64,000 nt of DNA from an uncultured Bacteroidales bacterium. Its GTDB lineage: Bacteria; Bacteroidota; Bacteroidia; Bacteroidales; UBA7960. Shown piece after piece: positions 52,956-62,362 of the stretch. Positions within the stretch are counted from its first letter, which is position 1; each line of letters begins with the position of its first letter. The stretch covers positions 8,490-72,489 of the forward strand of contig CAYXEH010000006.1 of assembly GCA_964463915.1 (NCBI GenBank). The letters run 5' to 3'. Under the pieces are notes generated by a model that saw only the letters and a program-made list of their open reading frames with translations, ran no database searches and was not told the origin of the DNA. The position numbers were made by a program, and so were the translations under genes.

Positions 52956-55901
52956 TCATTCAATGACGATCTCATCAATAAATATAAAGGCCTCCCCTCC
53001 CGCACCCAAATGCCAGTCAGGAATAGTCCCGAAGTTGGTGGCTTTTACCTTTACGTACCGGCCTGATGTGTTCACCCGGGCACCGGTTTCTTCGTGCCGG
53101 AGTTCATAATCGTCGTAAGGAATTGTATGCTCAGGACTGGCAACCTCGGTAAATTGATTGCCATCATCCGACACATAAAAAGTCACGTCTTCCGGCATCC
53201 ATATCCAGGACCGGATATCCTGGGTAAACCCGGCTCCGACATAGCTGATGGGTTGTTTTTCACCCAGATCTACCACAGCCTCAAAGTCAGTGCCCTGGTA
53301 CCCGTGCCAGCCTCCAAGACGCCAGTTCTCTGCCCCCCTGATACCGTCAATGAGCGCTTCGGGGCCTCCCCCGTGATAGTTGGGGTGCCACTCGCTTCTG
53401 ACATCCACAGAACGGCTGATATCGATTTTTACAAAATCCGCCCTCACCGGGAAACTGGGATCATAGCCTTCTTTGTAAGAAACAGCCTGCAGTACGGTGG
53501 ATCCGGTAAGTTCAAGTGGTTTGGTATATCGTCTGGCATTCCGATCGGGCATACTGCCATCCATGGTATAATACACCTCCGTATCCGGAGTCACCGTATG
53601 AATTTCGACCTGCATTACATCCCTGATCCTTTGATCGTCAGCTTGAATATAGGGGATGGGAAGCAGGGACTCATCCGTGATATGCGTCTCCGGCACGTCT
53701 GCATCGCGGCTACCCCAGTCCTGATTGGGCCGGTTACCCATCTCAAAATGCAGATGACCGCCCTTCATGATGTCATCATGCATGATATAAGACTTATTAT
53801 AGGATGTACCATTGAGGGTGGCCGACTGGATATAATAGTTGCGATCCGACACATTGTTGGCCGTAATCTTAAACACATTCCCGTTTTCCAGGTGTAGATC
53901 CATTTCCGGGAAATAGGGCGTTCCGATGGCGTAGTGCGGATCACCGGGGGCCACAGGATAAAAACCCATTGCGCCCATGATAAACCAGGCCGACATCTGG
54001 CCGCAATCTTCATTGCCGCTGCGGCCATCGGGCAGATGTGAATACAAGTCGTCCATGATCTGCCGGACACGCTGCTGTGTTTTCCATGGCTGATTCACAT
54101 AATTATACAGATAAGCCATGTGATGACTGGGTTCATTGCCCTGGGCATACTGGCCCATAAGGCCGGTGATGTCTTTCATGTCACGGCCTGTGATGGGGTC
54201 TTCCGTTTCAAAAAGCTCATCAATTTTGGCTGCAAATTGCCTTTTGCCCCCGTGCATTTCGCTTAGTCCGGTTATATCCTGTGGCACATAAAAACTATAA
54301 TGCCAGGAGTTGGCTTCAGTAAAATGCCAGTCAACCGTGGTGGGATCAAATGGAGTAAGCCAGCTGCCATTCAGCCTCGGGCGCATGAAACCGGTTGAGG
54401 GATCAAAAATATTCTTATAAAACTGTGCCCGATGGATATATTCTTCGTACACATTATCCAGCCCCATCTCCCTGGCCATCACAGCAATATTCCAATCGTT
54501 GTAGGAATACTCAAGGGTTTTGGAAATGGATTCGTGCTCCATGTCACCGGGGATGTGACCATGCTGCCGGTACACATCAAGCCCGTAATGATCCCGGGTG
54601 GCGCTGTATCGCATGGCTTCCATCGCTTTTGCTGCATCAAAACCGCGTATGCCTTTCATATAGGCATCGGAAATGACCGAAATGGCATGATTGCCGATCA
54701 TGGTGTAGGTTTCGTTGGCGGCCAGCTCCCATATGGGAAGCAACCCGCCCCTTTCATACATATCCAGCATTACCCTGATGAAATCAACCGTACGCTTTGT
54801 ATCAATAATGGTCATCAGGGGGTGCCATGCCCTGTACGTATCCCAGAGAGAAAATACCGTGTACACATCAAAGTCGCTTCTGTTGTGGATACCGCGATCC
54901 ATGCCCCGGTATCGTCCATCTACGTCAAAAAATGTATACGGCTGCAGGAAGGAATGATACATAGATGTGTAAAAGGTACTATTTTGTTCACAGTTACCCC
55001 CTTTTACGCGGATGCGACCAAGTTCGGTATTCCACTGCTCAAATGCATTTTCACGCACCTTTTTAAAATTCCAGTCCGGGACTTCAGCTTGCAGATTTCT
55101 GTAAGCACCATCGCCATCCACCGCTGAAAGTGCCACCTTCACCTCAACCGCCTCATTATCTTCCGTGCTGAAACCAACAAAGGCTTTGATATTCTCCCCA
55201 TCCGCATAAATGATGTCATCCTGCAACACATTATCTACCGCAATCCCCCTTCGTTCGAAAGGTTTACTGAACTCCATATGGAAATACCACACCAGGTCTT
55301 TTGCCCAGTTGGATGAGCGGCGCAGGCCACGGATCTCGGTGTCGCTTACAAACTCTATCCATGATTCCACCACCCTGTCACGATGTTCCAGGTCAATAAT
55401 CATATTGGCCTGGTCAGAGGCTGGAAACGTATAGCGGTGATAGCCCACGCGGGTAGAAGCGGTCATTTCAGCCTTCACTCCGGGTTTGTCCAGAAAAACG
55501 CTGTAGTATCCGGCTTCGGCGTGTTCATTTTCTTTTTTGAAAGGGGATTTATAGGCCTCATTCACAAAAACAGGATCACCCACTACCGGCATCAGCAAAA
55601 TGTCATTGTAATCGCCCACCCCAGTGCCGTTTAAAGCCGTATGACTGAAACCGTAAATTTCTGAATCAGAATAGTGGTATCCGGATGCACCGTCCCAGCC
55701 TCCCAGCCGGGTATCGGGACTGAGTTGTACCATGCCAAATGGCACGGTGGCCCCGGGAAAGGTATGGCCGTGGGCATCGGTACCGACAAAGGGATTCACA
55801 AAGTCTGCCGGGTTATTCACCTCGCAATCTTCACGCTGACAGGCGAACATGAGAAGCAAAATGAATGGGAGAATTAGAGCTGATTTTGCGGTGGTTTTCA
55901 T
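52956..55901 (-). CDS. GH92-family alpha-mannosidase with C-terminal CHB_HEX_C-like and discoidin (F5/8 type C)-like domains
   Basis: Signal and lipobox LMFAC, then NPFVGTDAHGHTFPGATVPFGMVQLSPDT (GH92 N-terminus). The tail contains VYYTMDGS and a beta-sandwich ending FIFIDEIVIE. Confidence 0.85.
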   Translation of the reverse strand: MKTTAKSALILPFILLLMFACQREDCEVNNPADFVNPFVGTDAHGHTFPGATVPFGMVQLSPDTRLGGWDGASGYHYSDSEIYGFSHTALNGTGVGDYNDILLMPVVGDPVFVNEAYKSPFKKENEHAEAGYYSVFLDKPGVKAEMTASTRVGYHRYTFPASDQANMIIDLEHRDRVVESWIEFVSDTEIRGLRRSSNWAKDLVWYFHMEFSKPFERRGIAVDNVLQDDIIYADGENIKAFVGFSTEDNEAVEVKVALSAVDGDGAYRNLQAEVPDWNFKKVRENAFEQWNTELGRIRVKGGNCEQNSTFYTSMYHSFLQPYTFFDVDGRYRGMDRGIHNRSDFDVYTVFSLWDTYRAWHPLMTIIDTKRTVDFIRVMLDMYERGGLLPIWELAANETYTMIGNHAISVISDAYMKGIRGFDAAKAMEAMRYSATRDHYGLDVYRQHGHIPGDMEHESISKTLEYSYNDWNIAVMAREMGLDNVYEEYIHRAQFYKNIFDPSTGFMRPRLNGSWLTPFDPTTVDWHFTEANSWHYSFYVPQDITGLSEMHGGKRQFAAKIDELFETEDPITGRDMKDITGLMGQYAQGNEPSHHMAYLYNYVNQPWKTQQRVRQIMDDLYSHLPDGRSGNEDCGQMSAWFIMGAMGFYPVAPGDPHYAIGTPYFPEMDLHLENGNVFKITANNVSDRNYYIQSATLNGTSYNKSYIMHDDIMKGGHLHFEMGNRPNQDWGSRDADVPETHITDESLLPIPYIQADDQRIRDVMQVEIHTVTPDTEVYYTMDGSMPDRNARRYTKPLELTGSTVLQAVSYKEGYDPSFPVRADFVKIDISRSVDVRSEWHPNYHGGGPEALIDGIRGAENWRLGGWHGYQGTDFEAVVDLGEKQPISYVGAGFTQDIRSWIWMPEDVTFYVSDDGNQFTEVASPEHTIPYDDYELRHEETGARVNTSGRYVKVKATNFGTIPDWHLGAGGEAFIFIDEIVIE

Positions 55902-56024
55902 GTTTGGGCGTTTTTGGGGGATCCTGACCTATTCGACAATAGCACTGTTTGGCCTGAGCGGGCAACCATTATGCCGGTTCAAATTTTGCCTGACATCTGA
56001 TACATACGACCCAAGCTGGTGTGA

Positions 56025-57203
56025 TTATTTATTCAGAGACCGGAAAGCCAGTACAAGGATATAAAGAATGCAGGCCACAGGCACAAGAAAGCCCAACTGC
56101 ACATCAATGTCGGCCACAGCCCCGGTAATCGGGGGAACAATCGCCCCTCCTACGATCGCCGTGACCATTAACCCTGACAATTCATTGGTTCTGACAGGCA
56201 TGGCATTGACAGTGATCGAAAAGATGAGTGGAAACACGTTGGAGAAACCCAGACCCGTCAACACGATACCGGCAAAAGCAATGTACTGACTTCCAAAAAA
56301 CAACATCATCATCCCAAGTAAAGAAAGCGCTACACTGAAAATCAGAAACCTGCCGGGTTTGATTCTTCTCAGGACAAAAGCCCCCGCAAGGCGTCCGAGA
56401 AAAATAGGTAAAAAGAATAATCCCCAGGCCATCCATAGCCCGAATTCTTTGATACCGTAAACCCTGTCCATTAATATGGGGATCTGTGCACTCATGGATA
56501 TCTCAGCACCCACATACAGGAAAATACCCAGCACCATCATCAACACAAAAGGATTTGCCAGAAGTTTAAAGCTGGATGAGATATTCACGGTTACCGGATT
56601 GGCCGGCTCTTTTTCCTGAATATCCAGGGCTTTCACCCGGAATATCGCAATCAGAATGATCAGGGCAAAGAGAGGAAACAGTATGGTCCAGTCGAGCCCA
56701 AACCATATGGCGACTGCGGGCGGCACAAGAAAACCCAGTGAAGAACCCACGGCCTTGACTGCCTGGGCCAGGGAAAGGTTGCTGGAATATCGCTCTTCAG
56801 CTGAAACATCCCGCATAATGGGATTTCCGGCTACCTGGAGGGTGGTGGCACCGGCGCCCAGCATGAATACGGAAATAAACAAGGCGTATAATTTTGTATG
56901 AGAGCCCGCTGCGATTTCCATATGGGGGCCGTACATTCCGAAAAGCAAAGGAATCACCAATCCCAGCAAGGCAATAAGCAGACCCATTAATAGGACATAT
57001 TTCTTTCCCTTTTTCTCCTGAAACACCCCCAGTGGGATCGACAAAACCCCAAACATGATAAACCCGCTGGTAGTCATCAGGGAAGCGACGAAATTGGAAA
57101 CCTCAAACGAATCTTTGACCAGTGATACCAGCGGTCCGACAACGTCTCCGAAGCCCATGGCCAGGAATGCCAGGAAAATTGGAAATGCCTTGTTGTGTGT
57201 CAT
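56025..57203 (-). CDS. MFS transporter (FucP/glucose-galactose-like sugar permease)
   Basis: 392 aa with 12 TM helices, adjacent to GH92. Confidence 0.75.
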   Translation of the reverse strand: MTHNKAFPIFLAFLAMGFGDVVGPLVSLVKDSFEVSNFVASLMTTSGFIMFGVLSIPLGVFQEKKGKKYVLLMGLLIALLGLVIPLLFGMYGPHMEIAAGSHTKLYALFISVFMLGAGATTLQVAGNPIMRDVSAEERYSSNLSLAQAVKAVGSSLGFLVPPAVAIWFGLDWTILFPLFALIILIAIFRVKALDIQEKEPANPVTVNISSSFKLLANPFVLMMVLGIFLYVGAEISMSAQIPILMDRVYGIKEFGLWMAWGLFFLPIFLGRLAGAFVLRRIKPGRFLIFSVALSLLGMMMLFFGSQYIAFAGIVLTGLGFSNVFPLIFSITVNAMPVRTNELSGLMVTAIVGGAIVPPITGAVADIDVQLGFLVPVACILYILVLAFRSLNK

Positions 57204-57568
57204 GACGGGAAAATTTGCTCGGAAACACCCCGGGTTGTCAACCCCGGTTAGGGCATCTTACGATTGATGAGTACTTGCAGAAAAGGTTCTCTCTGAAGCT
57301 TAATGAAAAACGCAGAAGTATCCTGTGCAGGGGAAAAAATAAAGCCTTTAACAACGTAAGCAAGCGAAACCTTTTCAGGCATTAATTATAATTTTCCCAA
57401 AAATAAAAAATTATCTTATACCCTTAATCGTTTCAGACATCTATTCCTTTTGACTTTTTAAAGGAATTTGCCGGAATGCAAAATTTAGCGTCCATGATAT
57501 ATTCAGCCATGGGAAGAACAAGGGACGAATGCAGGCATCCCCGGGAATATTTCAGGAAAGGCCTTTGA

Positions 57569-60049
57569 TCAGATAAAAAGATTTAATCCGGCTTCATCGG
57601 CCCTTTCAAGATAAGTAGCCACGCCACCGAATTCCACCCCGTCAATCAGTTCCTCTTTGGTGATTCCCATTACATCCATCGACATGGTACAGGCAATGAA
57701 TTCCACCCCATTATCCTGTGCCTGGCTGATCAGGGATTCCAGTGAATCGATGTTCTTCTTTTTCATGATATGCCGCATCAGCCGGCTCCCCATCCCCATC
57801 ATATTGAGTTTGGATAGTTTAAGCCCTTTACTGCTGCCGGGCAACATCATCCCGAACATCCGGGAGATAAAATCTTTCTTCACTGAAGGCGGGTTGGACT
57901 TTTTCAGCATATTCAGTCCCCAGAACGTGAAAAATATGCTTACCTTTTTTCCGGTGGATGCCGCGCCGTTGGCGATCACAAAAGAGGCCAGTGCCTTATC
58001 CAGGTCGTCACTGAACACAATCAGCGTCTTATTGTCACGCACTGGTCCCTGTGAGGCAGTTTTGGATGCTGCTTCTCCCTTAATGAGCCTGGCCGTGACT
58101 ACCCCGCCTTCCTGTTCAATACCCAACACCCGGTTGCCGGTCATTTTCGCCCAGGATTTTACGTCAGAGGAGAAAGCCGGATCGGTCGCCTTCACCTCGA
58201 TCACCTCACCGGGCTTCATCTCAGACACACTGTTCTTTAGCTTCAGGATGGGGCCGGGACACTGGAGCCCACATGCATCAACTTGCAGGGCTGGGATATC
58301 CCTCAGGGCCTCAGGCTGATCTGTGCTACGAGCCTGGTATATCTGGTCATCGATTCCCACCACATCACCTTCATAAATATCCTCATTGCTTTGCTTTTGT
58401 GTGGCAAATTCATACGTCTTGGTTCCCCCGTTCAGGTTTTCCACCTGCCGGAATCCATGCTGCATCAGAATACGGGCTGCCACATATCCCCGATGCCCCA
58501 CTCCACAAAATACAATGATCCGTTTGTCACGGGGAATTTCTTCCATACGGTCGCGAAGCTCATCAATGGGGACATTCACCGCATCGCCAATTGTACCCAG
58601 CCCATATTCATCAGGGGTACGCACATCCAACAGAAAAGCATCCTTCCGTTCCAGCTCGGTCAGCTCCCGCCAGGAGCAGCTTTTTACCTTGCCATTGACA
58701 ATGTTCTCGGCTGCAAAACCGGCGATATTCACCGGGTCTTTGGCTGAAGAATACGGTGGCGCGTAAGCATGCTCAATCTCTGTAAGATCATGAATGCTGC
58801 CACCATTTTTTATCACACTGGAAATAAGATCAATTCGCTTATCCACTCCTTCATACCCGACAATTTGTCCCCCGTAAAGTTTTCCGCTGTCCGGGTCGAA
58901 AACGATTTTAATACTCATGGGAATGGCACCGGGATAATAGCCTGCGTGAGATCCGGAGTGGGTAATTGTGGAACAGTAACGGATATTGGCCTTACGCAGT
59001 GTACGACCGGACACCCCTGTGGAGGCAACCGTAAGATCAAAAACCTTGGCAATGGCGGTATTGATAGACCCCTGATATTTCCGCTGGTTGCCGTGAACAA
59101 TATTATCGGCACATATTCTGCCTTGTTTATTTGCCGGACCGGCAAGATAGGTGATCTGGGAAATCCCGGTGATGGGATTGGGATACTCAATGGCATCACC
59201 CACCGCATAAATATCAGGAAGGGAAGTCTGCAGATATTCATTGACTTTGATGCCCCCTGTTTTGCCCAGTTCCAGACCTGCTTCCCGGGCCAGTTGGCTA
59301 TCGGGTCGCACCCCGATGGATAAAATCACCAGGTCGCTTTGCAGTTCACGCCCGCTTTGGAGCTTCACAGACAGACCGTTTTCATCCCTGTTAAAGGAAG
59401 AAACCCCATCCTTCAGGAAAAACTCTACGTTTTTTGTTTTCAGATGCTGATGCACAAGCGATGCCATGCTATAGTCCAGGGGAGTCATCACCTGTTCGGC
59501 CATTTCCACGATGGACACAAAAATACCGAGCTGATGCAGGTTCTCCGCCATCTCCAGGCCGATAAATCCTGCACCAACCACAATGGCACGCCGGATCTGG
59601 TGTTTATCCACGTAAGCTTTGATACGGTCCGTATCCGCCACATTACGCAGGGTAAAAATTCCTTCCGCATCGATACCGGGAAGGTTGGGTCTTACCGGTT
59701 CAGCACCCGGCGACAGCACAAGCTTGTCATAATCCTGCACATACTCCTCTCCGGTGGAGAGGTTTTTTATGGTCGCAGTCTTGTCTTCAGGCTGAATGGA
59801 AACAACTTCCTGCCTGACCCGTACATCCACATTAAAACGTGCATGGAAGGCCTCGGGTGTTTGTACAAACAAACTATCGCGCTCGGCAATGGTACCGCCG
59901 ATATAATAAGGGAGCCCGCAGTTGGCATAACTGATATGTTCCCCGCGTTCAACCATGATAATGTGGGCATTTTCGTTATTCCGGCGCAACCTGGCCGCTG
60001 TGGTAGCTCCTCCGGCTACTCCTCCGATAATTAAAATATTCATATGCAA
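57569..60049 (-). CDS. four-domain fusion: CoA-disulfide/persulfide reductase (FAD/NAD) + rhodanese + TusA-like + DsrE-like
   Basis: The N-terminus reads IIGGVAGGATTAARL with redox Cys SYANCGLPYY. The rhodanese loop is VFCGVGHRG. The TusA motif is ACGLQCPGP. The DsrE-like tail runs from TLIVFSDDLDKA to FIACTMSMDVMG. Confidence 0.8.
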   Translation of the reverse strand: MHMNILIIGGVAGGATTAARLRRNNENAHIIMVERGEHISYANCGLPYYIGGTIAERDSLFVQTPEAFHARFNVDVRVRQEVVSIQPEDKTATIKNLSTGEEYVQDYDKLVLSPGAEPVRPNLPGIDAEGIFTLRNVADTDRIKAYVDKHQIRRAIVVGAGFIGLEMAENLHQLGIFVSIVEMAEQVMTPLDYSMASLVHQHLKTKNVEFFLKDGVSSFNRDENGLSVKLQSGRELQSDLVILSIGVRPDSQLAREAGLELGKTGGIKVNEYLQTSLPDIYAVGDAIEYPNPITGISQITYLAGPANKQGRICADNIVHGNQRKYQGSINTAIAKVFDLTVASTGVSGRTLRKANIRYCSTITHSGSHAGYYPGAIPMSIKIVFDPDSGKLYGGQIVGYEGVDKRIDLISSVIKNGGSIHDLTEIEHAYAPPYSSAKDPVNIAGFAAENIVNGKVKSCSWRELTELERKDAFLLDVRTPDEYGLGTIGDAVNVPIDELRDRMEEIPRDKRIIVFCGVGHRGYVAARILMQHGFRQVENLNGGTKTYEFATQKQSNEDIYEGDVVGIDDQIYQARSTDQPEALRDIPALQVDACGLQCPGPILKLKNSVSEMKPGEVIEVKATDPAFSSDVKSWAKMTGNRVLGIEQEGGVVTARLIKGEAASKTASQGPVRDNKTLIVFSDDLDKALASFVIANGAASTGKKVSIFFTFWGLNMLKKSNPPSVKKDFISRMFGMMLPGSSKGLKLSKLNMMGMGSRLMRHIMKKKNIDSLESLISQAQDNGVEFIACTMSMDVMGITKEELIDGVEFGGVATYLERADEAGLNLFI

Positions 60050-60073
60050 ATGGCACTAATTTGTGTGATGGAA

Positions 60074-60439
60074 TTATTTGATTTCAAAAAAAGCATTTAA
60101 CAGGGGGGTCACAGCATCGAGTTTCCGCTCTCCTTCATCATTGAGTGAAAATATCATTTTACGCTTGTCTGAGGAGTCAATTTCCCTCTTCAGCAATCCT
60201 TTGGTTTCAAGCTTGCTCAATAAGCGGGAGGTCTGGGTAGAAGTCAGACCGATCTCTGAAGCAATATTCCCCTGACATTTACAACGTTCTGAGAGGCAGC
60301 AGAGCAACACTGCTTCTTCGAGGTCAACATCTTCGTCCTTAGACATTTTTGTCTCAAGTGACTGTAACTTACGCAGTAAATCTTTCATGCGAAGAAATGG
60401 CTCAGCACCATTTTTCATCACAGGGTTATTTATTTTCAT
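60074..60439 (-). CDS. MarR-family winged-helix regulator with a 4-Cys cluster
   Basis: The wHTH region is IASEIGLTSTQTSRLLSKLETKGLLKREIDSSDKRKMIFSLNDEG. The Cys cluster is LLCCLSERCKCQG. The gene lies 24 nt upstream of the reductase fusion. Confidence 0.7.
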   Translation of the reverse strand: MKINNPVMKNGAEPFLRMKDLLRKLQSLETKMSKDEDVDLEEAVLLCCLSERCKCQGNIASEIGLTSTQTSRLLSKLETKGLLKREIDSSDKRKMIFSLNDEGERKLDAVTPLLNAFFEIK

Positions 60440-60459
60440 TATGTAATATTTTCAGTTTG

Positions 60460-60490
60460 CAAATATATAACAAAAAAATCACATCGCAAA
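60460..60490 (-). promoter_or_regulatory. candidate promoter for the marR-reductase unit, with an overlapping TTTGCAAA palindrome
   Basis: The minus strand reads TTTG, then 19 nt, then TATATTTG, about 20 nt upstream of the ATG at 60439. The palindrome TTTGCAAA (60456..60463) overlaps the -7 box. Confidence 0.45.
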
Positions 60491-60593
60491 CCAAAAGGTC
60501 AAGGGTAAGTTTCCGGTACACATTAACAAAGCGGGTGCAGCAAAGGCGAATTGCAAGCCTCTACTGCACCCGCTTCAATATCAAAAAAATGTA

Positions 60594-62351
60594 TTACAAC
60601 TCTTCCCGAACAATACCTCCTTTTGGGCTGTCCAGGGTAACAGACATCCTGCGGCCACCATCAATGATCCACTTCACAGTCACGCTGTCCATGCCCGGAA
60701 TGTTTCGGATCTCCAATTTTTCAGGATTCACTTTCTGCTCTTCCATCACATTCAGGTCACGGTTATGCACCAGCATACCGGCCACCACATCGGCTCCTTC
60801 AAGGCTCACATAATTGGGACGGTTAATACTGTGTCTCAGATCAATTCCCGCGTGCGTGGGTGTCATACGTGTATTGGTCACCACGGCGATCACTTCCTGA
60901 AGTCCGTTACCCAGGTCGTTCACAGTAAGCTCAGAAAACTCAAGCTTCGGGGTATGATAGGCATGGTAGAGGGTAAATGCCATATTGCGATGGGCATCCT
61001 GTTCCAGCATAAACCCGGGATGCACCCTGCCAAAATTTTTCTTGAACCCGCCAACCTCAATCTCTCCGAACTGGGGGTGTTCAATGGTCTCCCATTCTAC
61101 AAATGCGTCCTCAAAAAGCAGGTGGCGATCGAATTTATAAGACGCCTTCTGCCCCTCTTCCCGGTTTTCATAGTCCTCGTAAAAATACTTATAACTGGTA
61201 AACAACTCATTGGTGTAGGTAAAAATGCCACGACCAAAATGGAACCAGTCAATTTGCCCGCCGTAAACCGTGTAAAGGTCTTCAAAAAGGGTCCAATAGC
61301 GGTAACCCGGGAGCATTCGGTCTCCGAGTTCACCGATGGCGTCATAAACCCGGATGTCTTCACGGGTATAAAGCGAAGCATCCTCCCCTGTACCGGGCCC
61401 CCGCAATATCATCCCGCCTGAATTGTGGTAAGTTTGTGCCCCGGCAATATTGGGGTGATCCATTACAAAATCCCTCACGGCCCGGTTCTCCGGCAAGGCA
61501 AAAGGATAATGAAAAGCGCCACGCTGGATGTGATCAGGCTGCCAGTTCCAGGCCCAGTCGCGGTTGGGGTCATAGCTGCCGATCCTGTCTTCATTCACTC
61601 TTCCGTCGCCGTCCCGGTCTATTCCCTCATAGCCGAGTAAATCAAAATCCCCGAATTCATCAGGCGGGGCAGGAACTAACCTTCGCGGGTCTTCCGGGCA
61701 TACGATATAACGACCGTAAGGATTGCGCCGACGCATCTGGGTAACGTCTCCGTCATTATTCAGGTCATCCAAGCGGTCTTCGTCTTTTTTCCCGTCTCCG
61801 TCATCATCAAGGGGAACGGTACCACTCCGGGGTGAACTCACGGTATTGGGCTCTTTCATGTAGTGTTCCCGACCGTCAGGATTGATAGAAGGCGCAATGT
61901 AAAAGACCTTTTCATCCATCAGTTGGGTAATAAAATCATTTTCACCGTAGTTCTCCACGAGGTACCAGGCCGTATACAGGGCAATTTCACTTCCCTGAAT
62001 CTCATTGGCGTGAATATTCCCATCGATCCAAAAGCCCGGTTTTTCCCGGTGGGGCTTGTTCTGGTGGTTGGTTACCGTAAGCACCCACATTTCACGTCCT
62101 TCATAGCTCTGGCCAATTGATTCCAGGGTAACAAGTTCGGGGTAAGCATCCACCAGCCGCCGGGAGATATCCTCCAGGCCGGCATTGGTGTAATAACGAT
62201 TCCAGCTTATCTCCACCTTCGGATTCACCGGGGTGCCGGCAGCCTTGAAAAAGTTTTCCATTGACTGGGCAGAAGCTCCAAAGCCGGCCGATAACCATAA
62301 CAGGCCGGCAATAAACAGGGTAATATATCTTTTGTTGTTCATACAATTCAC
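60594..62351 (-). CDS. M14-family zinc carboxypeptidase (secreted) with a Ca-binding-like DxDGD insert
   Basis: It has a signal peptide. The zinc motif is WIDGNIHANEIQGSE (HxxE). The insert reads DDDGDGKKDEDRLDDLNNDGD. An alternative start lies at 62342. Confidence 0.8.
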   Translation of the reverse strand: MNCMNNKRYITLFIAGLLWLSAGFGASAQSMENFFKAAGTPVNPKVEISWNRYYTNAGLEDISRRLVDAYPELVTLESIGQSYEGREMWVLTVTNHQNKPHREKPGFWIDGNIHANEIQGSEIALYTAWYLVENYGENDFITQLMDEKVFYIAPSINPDGREHYMKEPNTVSSPRSGTVPLDDDGDGKKDEDRLDDLNNDGDVTQMRRRNPYGRYIVCPEDPRRLVPAPPDEFGDFDLLGYEGIDRDGDGRVNEDRIGSYDPNRDWAWNWQPDHIQRGAFHYPFALPENRAVRDFVMDHPNIAGAQTYHNSGGMILRGPGTGEDASLYTREDIRVYDAIGELGDRMLPGYRYWTLFEDLYTVYGGQIDWFHFGRGIFTYTNELFTSYKYFYEDYENREEGQKASYKFDRHLLFEDAFVEWETIEHPQFGEIEVGGFKKNFGRVHPGFMLEQDAHRNMAFTLYHAYHTPKLEFSELTVNDLGNGLQEVIAVVTNTRMTPTHAGIDLRHSINRPNYVSLEGADVVAGMLVHNRDLNVMEEQKVNPEKLEIRNIPGMDSVTVKWIIDGGRRMSVTLDSPKGGIVREEL

Positions 62352-62362
62352 ATTTCAAGTTT

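Noticed and set aside
57204-57568. 365-nt gene-free spacer between the reductase fusion and the MFS gene as a hiding place for a small gene or sRNA
   Set aside because: Only very short ORFs (at most about 24 aa) without start context are present. A TATTTTTG box at 57398..57405 (minus strand) could be the MFS promoter, but that would imply a ~190-nt leader, which I cannot support further.
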